Shown one piece after another: positions 1 through 8,915 of a stretch of 64,000 nt of DNA. The notes under the pieces are model-generated. The model was not told the DNA's origin and ran no database searches. It saw only the letters and a program-made list of their open reading frames with translations. The DNA comes from an uncultured Anaerolineales bacterium (GTDB taxonomy: Bacteria > Chloroflexota > Anaerolineae > B4-G1 > SLSP01). A program made the translations under genes and the position numbers. Every line of letters starts with the position of its first letter. Within the stretch, counting starts at the first letter, position 1. The DNA is taken from assembly GCA_964437445.1 (NCBI GenBank), contig CAYTGR010000014.1, positions 3,812 through 67,811 of the forward strand, given 5' to 3'.

Positions 1-35
1 CCTATACAGAGCGCATCAGCCTCAATCCGGCCGTC

Positions 36-233
36 ATGGCCGGCAAACCGGTCATTCGCGGCACACGCATCCCGGTGGAGCTGATCGTGCGGATGTTAGC
101 ACAGGGACTCTCGGAGCACGAGATCCTGGCCGAATATCCGCGCCTGGAACCGGCCGACCTGCACGCTGCATTGGCCTATGCCGCCGCTGTCCTGGCCGGC
201 GAGGACGTGTGGCTGCTACCTGTTCCGGCCTGA
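36..233 (+). CDS. DUF433-family small protein (antitoxin-like partner of a DUF5615 protein)
   Basis: 65-aa ORF whose stop lies 4 nt before the next ORF start; residues GKPVIRGTRIPVELIV resemble DUF433 as recalled from memory. The small, tightly coupled two-gene arrangement is typical of type II TA pairs. Confidence 0.55.
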   Translation: MAGKPVIRGTRIPVELIVRMLAQGLSEHEILAEYPRLEPADLHAALAYAAAVLAGEDVWLLPVPA

Positions 234-236
234 GCC

Positions 237-599
237 ATGCGCTTCCTCGTAGACGAATCCACCGGACAGGCCGTCACGGCCTACCTGCGCCGTGCCGGCC
301 ATGATGTGATGGCTGTGGCAGAGTCTCTCCCCCAGGCTGACGACATCACCGTCCTGCAACTGGCCGCCCGTGAATCCCGCATCCTGATCACGAACGATAA
401 AGACTTTGGCGACTTAGTCTACCGCAGTGGATTGTCACATCACGGGATCATCCTACTCCGGCTAAACGATGAAAGTCCGTCCCACCGGGTCGCCATGCTC
501 CAAACTGTGATAGAACACCATGCGGCCCAGCTCCCGGATACCTTCGTGATCGTCACCGAGCGCCACATTCGTTTTCGCTCCGCGCTGCCGCATCCCTGA
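237..599 (+). CDS. DUF5615-family (PIN/Mut7-C-like) putative toxin
   Basis: 120-aa ORF translationally coupled to the DUF433 ORF. Acidic residues (DES…D…ND) are consistent with a PIN-like fold. Confidence 0.5.
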   Translation: MRFLVDESTGQAVTAYLRRAGHDVMAVAESLPQADDITVLQLAARESRILITNDKDFGDLVYRSGLSHHGIILLRLNDESPSHRVAMLQTVIEHHAAQLPDTFVIVTERHIRFRSALPHP

Positions 600-634
600 G
601 CCGGTAAAAACGTCCTCCTTGCTCCAACTGGCCG

Positions 635-2446
635 TTACAACCCCAACGCCGCCAGCGCCTCCGGTGTGGGGAGACCCGTCTCCGCGTCCCAGCCGAGCTC
701 AGCGTAGAAGCCCGCCAGCATGACCGGCAGGTCGGGCACGCGGCCCTCGGTCCCGCCCTCCAACGGGCGGAGCAGCAGCGCCGGCAGCCGGTCGTTGGCC
801 CGCGTCAGCCCGCGCCGCAGGTTGAGCCCCCGCTTGAAGGTGACCAGCTGCTTGCCCAACGTGAGCAGGTCATCCAGCGCCAGCCCCCAGCCGGTCGCAG
901 CGTTGATCACGTCCAGCAGCACCGGGGCGGGCGGATTCTGGAACTCGCAGAGCGTCAGCGCGTTGTAGAGGTTGCGCCAGGCCTGCGAGCGGGCCGCGAC
1001 GTGCCCCTTTTCCTCGGAGGCCTCAAACCGGTCGCCCGGCACAATCCCCAGTTCCGGCGCGAGCGATTGCCCCGTATCCACGCCGAACATGTCGCCCTCT
1101 AAGTGGCAGGCGCCGCGCGGCGAGGTGGCGTAGATCGGCGCCATGCCAAAGAAGGCGCGCGGATCGTGCATCGGGACCTCCAACCGGTTCACCGTCACCG
1201 CCAGTTCGGGGACGCCGTAGTGCTCGGCTAAGGCCGCGTTGCCCTCGGCCAGCAGCGCGCCGAAGCCCTCGCGGTGCGCCAGCAGGGTGATCAACCGGTG
1301 CAACGTCTCGGCATCGCCGTAGCGCGGTTCCAGCCCGCCGGTCTCCGCCGGGGTGAGCAGGCCGCGGGCAAAGAGTTCGCAGGCCAGGGCCAGCGTCCCG
1401 CCGGTGCTGATCGTATCCAGCCCGTAGAGGTTGCAGAGATGGCCGGCGTAGATCACCGCCTCCAGGTCGTCCACCAGCACAAGCGAGCCGAGCGCGCCTA
1501 AGGTCTCGTACTCCGGGCCGTCCACCTTCTCCGCGCCGTAGCGCGGCGCGCGCGTCTCCCGCCCGCAGGCGATGGGGCAGCGGTAACAGGCAGTGGTCCG
1601 GGTCTGGTATTGCGTCGCCATCACCACGCCGGAGAGGTTGCTCCCGGCCTCCCATTCACCTTGCTGATAGTAGCGGATCGGCATATCGCCGTACATCAGC
1701 CCCATGTCCACGTAACCGGCGGTCCCGGCCAGCCGGAGCGCCTGGGCCGCCATGTCGTCTTTCACGCCGGCGGTGATCGTGCGGGTCAGCGCCTGATAGG
1801 CCGCCGGGTCGGCCAGCGGCACTTTCGCCGTGCCGCGCAGCCCGATGGCTTTGAGCTGCCTGGCCCCCATCACCGCGCCCAGGCCGGTGCGCGCCGCCGC
1901 CCGCCCGTGGTCGTTCATGATGGCCGCCAGTTTGACCCGTCGCTCGCCCGCCACGCCGATGCAGGCCACGCGCGCCTTCGGCTCACCCAGCAAGCTGCGC
2001 ACGCGCTCCTGGGTGGCGTAGGTATCCAGCCCCCAGAGCTCCGCCGCGTCGTGTAGCTCCGCCCGGCCCTCCACAATGGAGAGCCAGACCGGCTGTGGAG
2101 CCTGCCCGGTGATGATGATGCCGTCGTAGCCGGCAAAGCGGAGTTCCGGCCCGAGGAAGCCGCCGGTGTTCGCCTCGCCCCACAACCCCGTCAGCGGCGA
2201 GAGCGCGCCGACACTGCACCGTCCCGCCGAGGGCATAGAGGTGCCCACTAACGGCCCGGTCATGAAGATGAGGGGATTCTCCGGCCCTAAGGGATCGGTC
2301 GCCGGCCCGGCCAGGTCCGCCAGATAGCGGGCCGCTAATCCACTCCCGCCGACAAAGGCGCGGGCGTAAGCCTCGTTGAGCGGCTCGTCCCAGAGCCGAC
2401 CGGTGGTCAGGTCCACCCGCAAGAGTTTACCCAGGTAACCGTGCAT
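635..2446 (-). CDS. aor: Tungsten-containing aldehyde:ferredoxin oxidoreductase (AOR family)
   Basis: The N-terminus MHGYLGKLLRVDLTTGRLWDEPL…GGSGLAARYL is typical of AOR-family enzymes. There is a conserved Cys-rich region (CYRCPIACGRE) and the length is ~600 aa. The start is trimmed to the MHGY Met at 2446 because a GGAGG RBS lies 5 nt upstream on the minus strand. Confidence 0.85.
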   Translation of the reverse strand: MHGYLGKLLRVDLTTGRLWDEPLNEAYARAFVGGSGLAARYLADLAGPATDPLGPENPLIFMTGPLVGTSMPSAGRCSVGALSPLTGLWGEANTGGFLGPELRFAGYDGIIITGQAPQPVWLSIVEGRAELHDAAELWGLDTYATQERVRSLLGEPKARVACIGVAGERRVKLAAIMNDHGRAAARTGLGAVMGARQLKAIGLRGTAKVPLADPAAYQALTRTITAGVKDDMAAQALRLAGTAGYVDMGLMYGDMPIRYYQQGEWEAGSNLSGVVMATQYQTRTTACYRCPIACGRETRAPRYGAEKVDGPEYETLGALGSLVLVDDLEAVIYAGHLCNLYGLDTISTGGTLALACELFARGLLTPAETGGLEPRYGDAETLHRLITLLAHREGFGALLAEGNAALAEHYGVPELAVTVNRLEVPMHDPRAFFGMAPIYATSPRGACHLEGDMFGVDTGQSLAPELGIVPGDRFEASEEKGHVAARSQAWRNLYNALTLCEFQNPPAPVLLDVINAATGWGLALDDLLTLGKQLVTFKRGLNLRRGLTRANDRLPALLLRPLEGGTEGRVPDLPVMLAGFYAELGWDAETGLPTPEALAALGL

Positions 2447-2463
2447 GGTGCCTCCTTCAAAAA

Positions 2464-2496
2464 GCAGTGAGCAGTGAATAGTGAGCCGTGAGCCAG
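2464..2496. repeat. GTGAGCAGTGAATAGTGAGC-family repeat, copy 1
   Basis: Shares an exact 20-mer with 50553-50572. A partial inverted copy (GGTGCTCACCCGTGAG) lies nearby at ~2519-2535. Confidence 0.7.
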
Positions 2497-2595
2497 AAGC
2501 CTCCCTCAAAGAGCAGTGGTGCTCACCCGTGAGGGATTGGCTCGTAGTGCCGCGTTTCAGCGCGGCTAAGACAGGGCTTAAGTGCCTGATTGCAA

Positions 2596-2660
2596 ATGAC
2601 CACGGCCACAGGCCACCATTTTTGCGGTGGTCTGTGGTCCGTCGTTCGTGGTCTGCGGTC
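2596..2660. repeat. REP-like imperfect palindromic element, copy 1 (GACCACGGCCACAGGCCACC…GGTGGTCTGTGGTCCGTCGTTCGTGGTCTGCGGTC)
   Basis: Inverted repeat read from the sequence; same family as the elements at 4381-4443 and 10636-10676. Confidence 0.7.
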
Positions 2661-3834
2661 AGAAATCTACGTCCCGCCCGTCGTAGGCATAGAGGAAGAG
2701 CTGGCGCAGTTCCTCATACGAGGGCATCCGGGCCGCGGCGAGGATAGAGCCATCGTTGAAAGCGTTATCTACCAGCGACTCCAATGCCGCCTCGTAGGCC
2801 ACGCGGTCAATCCCCAGGTCGGCCACGCAGGTCGGGTTGCCGACCTCGCGGATAAAGCTTTGGAGGCGATCAGCCAGAAGACAGGCGGCGTCCTCGTCGT
2901 CCTGGTAGCGCAGGTGCAAGGCGTCGGCCAGGAGCGTGAACCGCTCCGGCGCTTCCTGGGCGATGAACTCCACGGTGTAGGGCAGGAACAAGCCCACCGC
3001 GCGCCCATGGGGGACGTGAAAAAGCGCGCCGAGCGCGTGCCCCATCGCATGAGCCAGCGCCGCCAGCGAGTTGCCAAAGCCCAGCCCGGCCAGGGTGGCG
3101 GCGTTGTGCATCCGCTCACGCGCCTCCAGATCGGCACCATCGCCCCGGGCGGTGGCGACGGCGCGCGGCAGGTAACGCAGAACCAGCTCAATCGCCTGGA
3201 GGCAAAGGCCATCGGTCATGTCGTTGTGCCAGGCACAAGTGAAGCCCTCCACGGCGTGCGTCAGCGCATCCAGCCCCGTGTCGGCGGTCAACTGGGGCGG
3301 CATGCCCGCCACCAGCGCCGGGTCCACAATCGCCAGGTCAGCAACGTTGGCGCGGTTGCCCAGGGGCAATTTGCGCTGCTGTTCGGGGTCGGTGAGCACA
3401 ATGGCCCAGGTGACCTCCGAGCCGGTGCCGCTGGTCGTCGGAATCGTGATCAGCCGGGCCTTGTCGCGCAAGCGGAGCGGGACCACCGGGTTGATGGCAG
3501 CCGGCTCCAGTTCCGGGTGCTCATAGAGGACCCAGATGGCTTTGGCAGCGTCCATTACCGAGCCGCCGCCCACCGCTACAATCCAATCCGGGCCGAATGC
3601 CAATGCCGCCTCCGCGCCCCGGCGCACCGTTGACACGCTGGGCTCCGGCTCCACCGCATCAAAGACAGAGATTTCCAGGCCGGCCACGGCCAGGTGCGCC
3701 TTGACCTGCTCCACAATCCCCAGCTTGACCAGCAGCGCATCGGTGACGATGAACGCGCGCCGGCCTTCCAGCTCATCCAGCGCGTTCAGCGCTCCCTCAC
3801 CGAAGACAATCTGCGGCGAGACAAAATACCACAT
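2659..3834 (-). CDS. Iron-containing (group III) alcohol dehydrogenase
   Basis: 391 aa with Fe-ADH motifs (GGGSVMDAAK; metal-binding His-rich HAMGHALG…H). An AAGGAGGG RBS lies upstream of the ATG. Confidence 0.85.
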   Translation of the reverse strand: MWYFVSPQIVFGEGALNALDELEGRRAFIVTDALLVKLGIVEQVKAHLAVAGLEISVFDAVEPEPSVSTVRRGAEAALAFGPDWIVAVGGGSVMDAAKAIWVLYEHPELEPAAINPVVPLRLRDKARLITIPTTSGTGSEVTWAIVLTDPEQQRKLPLGNRANVADLAIVDPALVAGMPPQLTADTGLDALTHAVEGFTCAWHNDMTDGLCLQAIELVLRYLPRAVATARGDGADLEARERMHNAATLAGLGFGNSLAALAHAMGHALGALFHVPHGRAVGLFLPYTVEFIAQEAPERFTLLADALHLRYQDDEDAACLLADRLQSFIREVGNPTCVADLGIDRVAYEAALESLVDNAFNDGSILAAARMPSYEELRQLFLYAYDGRDVDF

Positions 3835-3855
3835 CGCGCCCTCCTTTCATTGAGT

Positions 3856-3876
3856 AAGGATGAAGGATGAGGGATG
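3856..3876. repeat. Heptamer tandem repeat (AAGGATG x2, AGGGATG) upstream of the Fe-ADH RBS
   Basis: Read from the sequence. Confidence 0.6.
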
Positions 3877-3922
3877 AAGTCAAGAAGAGAAGTAGACAGG
3901 TGTAGATTTTTGGTTGATTCGT

Positions 3923-4333
3923 TTAGCCAGCGAACTCGGTGGGGACTTTAGCCGTGCAGGAGACGATCTCCTTGGCCGCTTTGGGGTAGCGCATCACCTT
4001 CATCATATCGCCCTGGAGCTTGAGCTGGCGCGTCATCATCCCCTGGATGGGGTCCAGCTTGCCCTCAATGACACGGCGCCAGGTGCTGTAGGGCGCGGTG
4101 AGGACAAAAGCGGCCCGCTTTTCGTCGGAGCTGCTCACCCGCATCGCGCTGGGGCTTTTCCCGTGCAGGAGATCCAGGTAAAGATAGGTAGTTTCAGGGC
4201 AGGCGGCATCGGCCTGCACGACAAAGAGAAAATCACCCTCCCAGTCTTTGGCCGAGCGCTCGTAGCTTTCGCTGGCATTGAGCATCCGGCTCAGCTCTTT
4301 GATCCATTCATCCGAAGGAAATCTGAACGCCAT
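3923..4333 (-). CDS. SCP2 sterol/lipid-binding domain protein
   Basis: ~136 aa; the ORF is trimmed to the Met of MAFRFPSDEWIKEL. The C-terminal MTRQLKLQGDMMKVM is typical of SCP-2 domains. Confidence 0.55.
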   Translation of the reverse strand: MAFRFPSDEWIKELSRMLNASESYERSAKDWEGDFLFVVQADAACPETTYLYLDLLHGKSPSAMRVSSSDEKRAAFVLTAPYSTWRRVIEGKLDPIQGMMTRQLKLQGDMMKVMRYPKAAKEIVSCTAKVPTEFAG

Positions 4334-4380
4334 GGGTTGCCTCCTTAAATTGAAAATAGTTGTGGATGTGTTTTTTTTGA

Positions 4381-4443
4381 CCACGGACCACAGACCACTT
4401 CACTATACTATCGGTGGTCCGTGGTCCGTCGTCTGCGGTCTGG
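4381..4443. repeat. REP-like palindromic element, copy 2 (perfect 13-bp arms GACCACGGACCAC / GTGGTCCGTGGTC)
   Basis: Read from the sequence; lies between the SCP2 gene and the alpha-oxoamine synthase gene. Confidence 0.75.
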
Positions 4444-4458
4444 ATTCCAGTAGCTGGC

Positions 4459-5637
4459 TTAGATGATCCCCAGATGCTTGCCCACCTGGGCAAAAATCGC
4501 CAGGACCCGTTCCAGCTGCTCATCCGTGTGGGTCGCCATGTAACTGGTCCGCAACAACGTCAGGTCAGGCGGGACGGCGGGTGGGAGTACCGGGTTGCAG
4601 TAGACGCCGGCCTCAAAGAGCGCCTTCCAGGTCAGCAGCGTCTTCTGGTCATCGCGGATGATGATGGGGATAATCGGCGTCTGGCTGACCCCGATGTCAA
4701 AGCCCAGCTCGCGATAGCGGCGGCGCATGAAGTCACCGATCTGGATGAGCCGCTGCACCCGCTCCGGCTCCTGCTCCATGATGTCCAGCGCCGCGAGCGC
4801 CGCCGCCGCGTTGGCCGGCGGGATGCTTGCGCTGAAGATGAGCGACCGCGCGTGGTGTTGAATGTAGTCCACCACCTCGGCGTCACCGGCGATAAAGCCC
4901 CCTAACGAGGCAAACGATTTGCTGAAGGTCCCCATGATCAGGTCCACCTGGTCGGTCAGGCCAAAGTGGGCCGCCGTGCCGCGCCCGCCGCCGAGCACCC
5001 CGATGGAGTGCGCGTCGTCCACCATCAGCCGCGCGCCGTAACGCCGGCAGAGATCCACCAGCTCCGGCAACGGCGCGATGTCGCCGCCCATGCTGAAGAC
5101 CCCATCCACCACCACCAGCTTGCCGGCCTCCTCCGGCAGCGCGCAGAGCAGCCGTTGCAACGCCTCCATGTCGTTGTGCGGGAAGCGCTTCATCTCGCCA
5201 TACGACATCTTGCAGCCATCCACAATGCTGGCGTGATCGTCTTTGTCGGTGATGACGTAGTCGCCGCGCTGGACGATGGCCGAGATCGTCCCCACGTTGA
5301 CCTGGTAGCCGGTGCTGAAGACTAACGCGGCCTCTTTGCCGACCCAGCGGGCCAGACGGCGCTCCAGTTCCAGGTGCAGCTCCAGCGTCCCGTTGAGGAA
5401 GCGGGAGCCGGTGCAACTGGTGCCGTAGATGCGCACCGCGTCCATGGCGGCCTGGCGCACCTGCGGATGGACGGTCAGCCCCAGGTAGTTGTTGGAGCCG
5501 ATCATGAGGAGATGCCGGTCACCGATGGAGACCTCTGTCCCTTCGTTATTAGTCAGGGGGATGAAATAAGGATAAACGCCAGCCGCCCGCGCCTCACGGG
5601 CGGTCGTAAACTCACCACATTTCTGGAAAATGTCCAT
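4459..5637 (-). CDS. Alpha-oxoamine synthase family PLP enzyme (AONS/KBL/serine palmitoyltransferase-like)
   Basis: 392 aa. Class-II aminotransferase motifs are present: SNNYLGL, DDAHSIG, and the TFSKS PLP-lysine region. Confidence 0.8.
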   Translation of the reverse strand: MDIFQKCGEFTTAREARAAGVYPYFIPLTNNEGTEVSIGDRHLLMIGSNNYLGLTVHPQVRQAAMDAVRIYGTSCTGSRFLNGTLELHLELERRLARWVGKEAALVFSTGYQVNVGTISAIVQRGDYVITDKDDHASIVDGCKMSYGEMKRFPHNDMEALQRLLCALPEEAGKLVVVDGVFSMGGDIAPLPELVDLCRRYGARLMVDDAHSIGVLGGGRGTAAHFGLTDQVDLIMGTFSKSFASLGGFIAGDAEVVDYIQHHARSLIFSASIPPANAAAALAALDIMEQEPERVQRLIQIGDFMRRRYRELGFDIGVSQTPIIPIIIRDDQKTLLTWKALFEAGVYCNPVLPPAVPPDLTLLRTSYMATHTDEQLERVLAIFAQVGKHLGII

Positions 5638-5770
5638 CGCAAAATTCCTTTCTGCTTACAGGTTAAATACAATAAGGCCATCACCCCAATCAGCGGAGCA
5701 AATATGCGCCCATTTTAAGTAAGAAACGGCAGGAGTCAAATGGCCGCCCGCTTTCTAACAATATCCCCCA

Positions 5771-6202
5771 TTGACATCCTTGGATCTTTCAAGTACTATG
5801 AATCATATGGCGCACGAACGAATGAGGCTGGGACAGCGCGGGGAGCTGTTAGCGGCGGAGACACTGGCCCGCCATGGCTTTATGGTGATCGCCCGTAACT
5901 GGCGCTGCCCGGCCGGGGAAGCGGATCTGGTCGCCGAGCGCGGCGGGGAGTGGTACTTTTTTGAGGTGCGGACCCGGCGGGGAGCCGCTCACGGGTTGCC
6001 GGAAGAGTCGCTGACCCCCGTCAAGCGAGCTCGCATGGAGGCTGTCGCCCGGCATTACCTGAGCGATCAGAGCAACGCCGCCGAGCTCTCCTGGCACCTC
6101 GGCTTCGTCGCCGTCGCTTTAGACGCCACTGGCCGGCTGTTGCGCATCACCCTGTACCCTGATCTGGCCGGTGAGCCGCTGCTGGACAGCCGACAACCCT
6201 AA
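5771..6202 (+). CDS. yraN: YraN/UPF0102 family endonuclease-like protein
   Basis: Residues GELLAAETLARHGFMVIARNWRC..GEADLVAERGGEWYFFEVRTRR match UPF0102. A TTGACA-N17-TACTAT promoter lies at 5741-5769. The true start may be an internal Met (5798 or 5807). Confidence 0.7.
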   Translation: MTSLDLSSTMNHMAHERMRLGQRGELLAAETLARHGFMVIARNWRCPAGEADLVAERGGEWYFFEVRTRRGAAHGLPEESLTPVKRARMEAVARHYLSDQSNAAELSWHLGFVAVALDATGRLLRITLYPDLAGEPLLDSRQP

Positions 6203-6210
6203 AAGTTGGG

Positions 6211-6238
6211 GATTCTTGATCCCTGATTCTTGATTCTT
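6211..6238. repeat. Heptamer tandem repeat (GATTCTT x3 plus GATCCCT)
   Basis: Read from the sequence; lies between yraN and the M20 peptidase gene. Confidence 0.7.
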
Positions 6239-6257
6239 ACAAGGAGCCGATGAAAAG

Positions 6258-7406
6258 ATGGACTACACGCCCTTGCTGGACTATTTACAGGCCCGCCAGA
6301 CCGCCATGGTAGAAGCAGTGGAATTCCTCGTCAATCTGGAATCACCGAGCACAGACAAGCTGCTGCTGGATCGCCTGGCGCTCCACCTGCAAGCGCGCTT
6401 CGTCGCGCTGGGGGCAGCTGCCACAGTGATCTCTAATCCGACCCACGGCAACCACGTGCAGGTCATTCTGGTGCCCGATGACGCAGCGCCGACGGCACGT
6501 CCGGCACTGCTCCTGGCCCACTTTGACACCGTCTGGGCGGAGGGAACGCTGGCCACCCGCCCCTTCCACGTGGCCGATGGCCGGGCCTGGGGTCCCGGTG
6601 CGTATGACACCAAGGGCGGGATCATCGTAGCCGAGTACGCCTTCCGGGCGCTGACCGCACTGGGTTGGGTGCTGCCCCGTCCCGTCATCCTGCTGCTCAA
6701 CTCCGATGAAGAAATCGGCAGCCACAGTTCGCGCGCCCTGATTGAGGGGCTGGCCCGCCAGGCCGAGTACGTCCTGGTGCTGGAATCCGCCGAGCCGGGA
6801 GATGTGCTCAAAACCGCACGGAAAGGGGTCGGGAGATTCAAATTGGAGGTCACCGGCCGGGCTGCTCACGCCGGGATTGAGCCGGAAAAGGGCGTCAGCG
6901 CAACCGTGGAGCTGGCCCACCAGATCCTGCAGCTGCACAGCCTCAACGATTTCACCCGCGGCACCACCCTCAACGTGGGGATTATCCATGGCGGCACCCG
7001 CGTCAACATCGTGACCGACCACGCCGAAGCCCAGATAGATGTACGGGCCTGGACCCCAGCGGAAGCAGAACGGATCACCGCCGCGCTCCAGCAATTAAGC
7101 CCGGTGCTGCCTGGCGCCCAGCTCAAGCTCAACGGCCGGTTCAACCGGCCACCCATGGAGTGCACCGAGCAGAGCGCCCGGCTCTTCCAGCGCGCTCAGG
7201 AGATCGGCCGTGACCTCGGTCTGAACCTCCAGGCGGGGGCGAGCGGCGGCGGCAGCGACGGCAACTTCACCGCCGCGTTGGGCGTGCCCACCTTAGACGG
7301 CCTGGGGGCCGTGGGCGAGGGTGCCCATGCCGAAAATGAGCAGATCTACGTGGACGCCCTGCCGACCCGGGCGGCCCTGTTAGCGGCGCTCATGCTGAAT
7401 CTGTAA
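6258..7406 (+). CDS. M20-family metallopeptidase (carboxypeptidase G2-like)
   Basis: 382 aa. Metal-binding motifs are HFDTV, GAYDTKGG and NSDEEIGS. Confidence 0.75.
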   Translation: MDYTPLLDYLQARQTAMVEAVEFLVNLESPSTDKLLLDRLALHLQARFVALGAAATVISNPTHGNHVQVILVPDDAAPTARPALLLAHFDTVWAEGTLATRPFHVADGRAWGPGAYDTKGGIIVAEYAFRALTALGWVLPRPVILLLNSDEEIGSHSSRALIEGLARQAEYVLVLESAEPGDVLKTARKGVGRFKLEVTGRAAHAGIEPEKGVSATVELAHQILQLHSLNDFTRGTTLNVGIIHGGTRVNIVTDHAEAQIDVRAWTPAEAERITAALQQLSPVLPGAQLKLNGRFNRPPMECTEQSARLFQRAQEIGRDLGLNLQAGASGGGSDGNFTAALGVPTLDGLGAVGEGAHAENEQIYVDALPTRAALLAALMLNL

Positions 7407-8347
7407 TGGGAGTGGCTGCGATCCCCCTGGTCGCCCTCGTCGGACCGACGGCAGTAGGCAAGACGGCGCTGGCCGTCACCGCAGGTGAGTCCCTCGGCGC
7501 GGAGATCGTCTCCGCCGACTCACGCCAGGTCTACCGCCGGATGGAGATCGGCACCGCCAAACCGACGCCGGAGGAGCGGGCCCGCGTCCCGCACCATTTG
7601 CTGGACGTGGTGGAGCCGGATGAGCCGTTCGGCCTAAGCGACTTTCTGCGGCTGGCCCAGGCCGCCATCACCGACATCGCCGCGCGCGGGCGACTGCCGT
7701 TCCTGGTCGGTGGCACGGGGCAGTACGTCCAGGCCCTCCTGAAGGGCTGGCAGGTCCCGGCCGTGCCGCCCGATCCTGCGCTGCGTGCCGCCCTGGAGGC
7801 CACCGGCCGCACCGACCCCGACGCGCTGTGGGCGCAGCTCCTGGCTTTAGACCCCGGCGCGGCAGAGTTCATTGACCGGCGCAACCTGCGCCGCGTAATC
7901 CGCGCGCTGGAAGTCTGCCTCAAGACCGGGGAACCCTTCTCTACCCAGCGGCGTGCCGGCCCACCCCCCTACCGCGCGTTGATCCTGGGGCTGACGTTGC
8001 CGCGCGCGGCGCTCTACGCCCGCGCCGACGCCCGCGTGGAGGCCATGCTGGCCGCGGGGTTGGCTGACGAAGTCCAGGCGCTGCTGGCCGCCGGCTACAG
8101 CTGGGAGCTCCCCTCCATGTCCAGCCTGGGGTATGCCCAATTCAAACCCTATTTTAGGGAACAGGCTTCATTGGACGACGTGGCGGCACGCATCAAGACC
8201 GACACGCACGATTTCATCCGCCGCCAGTACGCCTGGTTCCGCCCGGGCGACCCGACCATCCACTGGCTGGATGCGGCGGCCGTGACCGGGGCGGACGTGG
8301 TCGCGCTGGTCCAGGCCTGGCAGGCCGAGGCAAAACGTGAAACGTAA
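7406..8347 (+). CDS. miaA: tRNA dimethylallyltransferase
   Basis: A P-loop (GPTAVGKT) is followed by ADSRQVYRRMEIGTAKP, which is diagnostic for MiaA. Confidence 0.9.
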   Translation: MGVAAIPLVALVGPTAVGKTALAVTAGESLGAEIVSADSRQVYRRMEIGTAKPTPEERARVPHHLLDVVEPDEPFGLSDFLRLAQAAITDIAARGRLPFLVGGTGQYVQALLKGWQVPAVPPDPALRAALEATGRTDPDALWAQLLALDPGAAEFIDRRNLRRVIRALEVCLKTGEPFSTQRRAGPPPYRALILGLTLPRAALYARADARVEAMLAAGLADEVQALLAAGYSWELPSMSSLGYAQFKPYFREQASLDDVAARIKTDTHDFIRRQYAWFRPGDPTIHWLDAAAVTGADVVALVQAWQAEAKRET

Positions 8348-8367
8348 AACGTGAAACGTGAAACGTG
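8333..8367. repeat. Heptamer tandem repeat (AAACGTG/AAACGTA) x5, overlapping the miaA stop
   Basis: Read from the sequence. Confidence 0.8.
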
Positions 8368-8434
8368 TTGCGTATTCCGTCTTTTACACACTACGGAACA
8401 CACAACACACCTGGCGTCTCTCCCCAGCGGCTTT

Positions 8435-8461
8435 TTAGCACTCTCCCCCTTTGAGTGCTTG
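8435..8461. promoter_or_regulatory. CIRCE operator copy 1 (TTAGCACTC-N9-GAGTGCTTG)
   Basis: Inverted repeat seen in the sequence; matches the HrcA-binding CIRCE consensus with one mismatch in the right arm. It overlaps the -35 box of the groES promoter. Confidence 0.8.
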
Positions 8462-8487
8462 ACAAATCCCATGTACTATGGTATCAT
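8459..8487 (+). promoter_or_regulatory. sigma70-type promoter of groESL (TTGACA-N17-TATCAT)
   Basis: Hexamers read directly from the sequence and sit between the two CIRCE elements. Confidence 0.6.
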
Positions 8488-8497
8488 TAGGGCATGT

Positions 8498-8524
8498 TTA
8501 GCACTCAAGGCTTGAGAGTGCTAA
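8498..8524. promoter_or_regulatory. CIRCE operator copy 2 (perfect TTAGCACTC-N9-GAGTGCTAA)
   Basis: Perfect consensus CIRCE, 35 nt upstream of the groES ATG. Confidence 0.9.
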
Positions 8525-8558
8525 AAATTTCAACCCTAAGGACAACGGAGGTAAAGAA

Positions 8559-8864
8559 ATGTCCGTGAAAATTCGTCCGCTCGGCGATCGTGTCATTGTT
8601 GAACCCCTCCAGGAAGGGGAAACGACGTTTGCGGGAGGCATGTTGGTGCTCCCCGACACCGCCAAGGAAAAGCCCCAACAGGGCACCGTGATTGCCGTCG
8701 GCCCCGGCGCGCGCGATGAAGATGGCAAGCGCATCCCGATGGAAGTCAAGGCTGGTGACATCATCGTCTACGCCAAGTACGCCGGGACTACCTTCAAAAC
8801 CCGCGACGGCAAAGAACTGCTGATCCTGCGCGAAAGCGACATCCTCGGCGTGGTGGAAAGCTAA
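8559..8864 (+). CDS. groES: Co-chaperonin GroES
   Basis: 101 aa, [16 protein letters not shown]…. Confidence 0.95.
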   Translation: MSVKIRPLGDRVIVEPLQEGETTFAGGMLVLPDTAKEKPQQGTVIAVGPGARDEDGKRIPMEVKAGDIIVYAKYAGTTFKTRDGKELLILRESDILGVVES

Positions 8865-8915
8865 CCACCGCAAACTAATCCCAGAGACTAAACAAGGCAA
8901 CTAAGGAGAGAAACA

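Noticed and set aside
635-2509. Extended N-termini suggested by the ORF track for several genes (AOR, hypF, MFS, SCP2, OmpR regulator, rpoD, PMT-NHL)
   Set aside because: Family-typical N-termini and RBS positions support internal start codons, so the upstream extensions are read-through of in-frame non-coding sequence.
2590-3633. 347-aa plus-strand ORF
   Set aside because: Antisense to the Fe-alcohol dehydrogenase gene.
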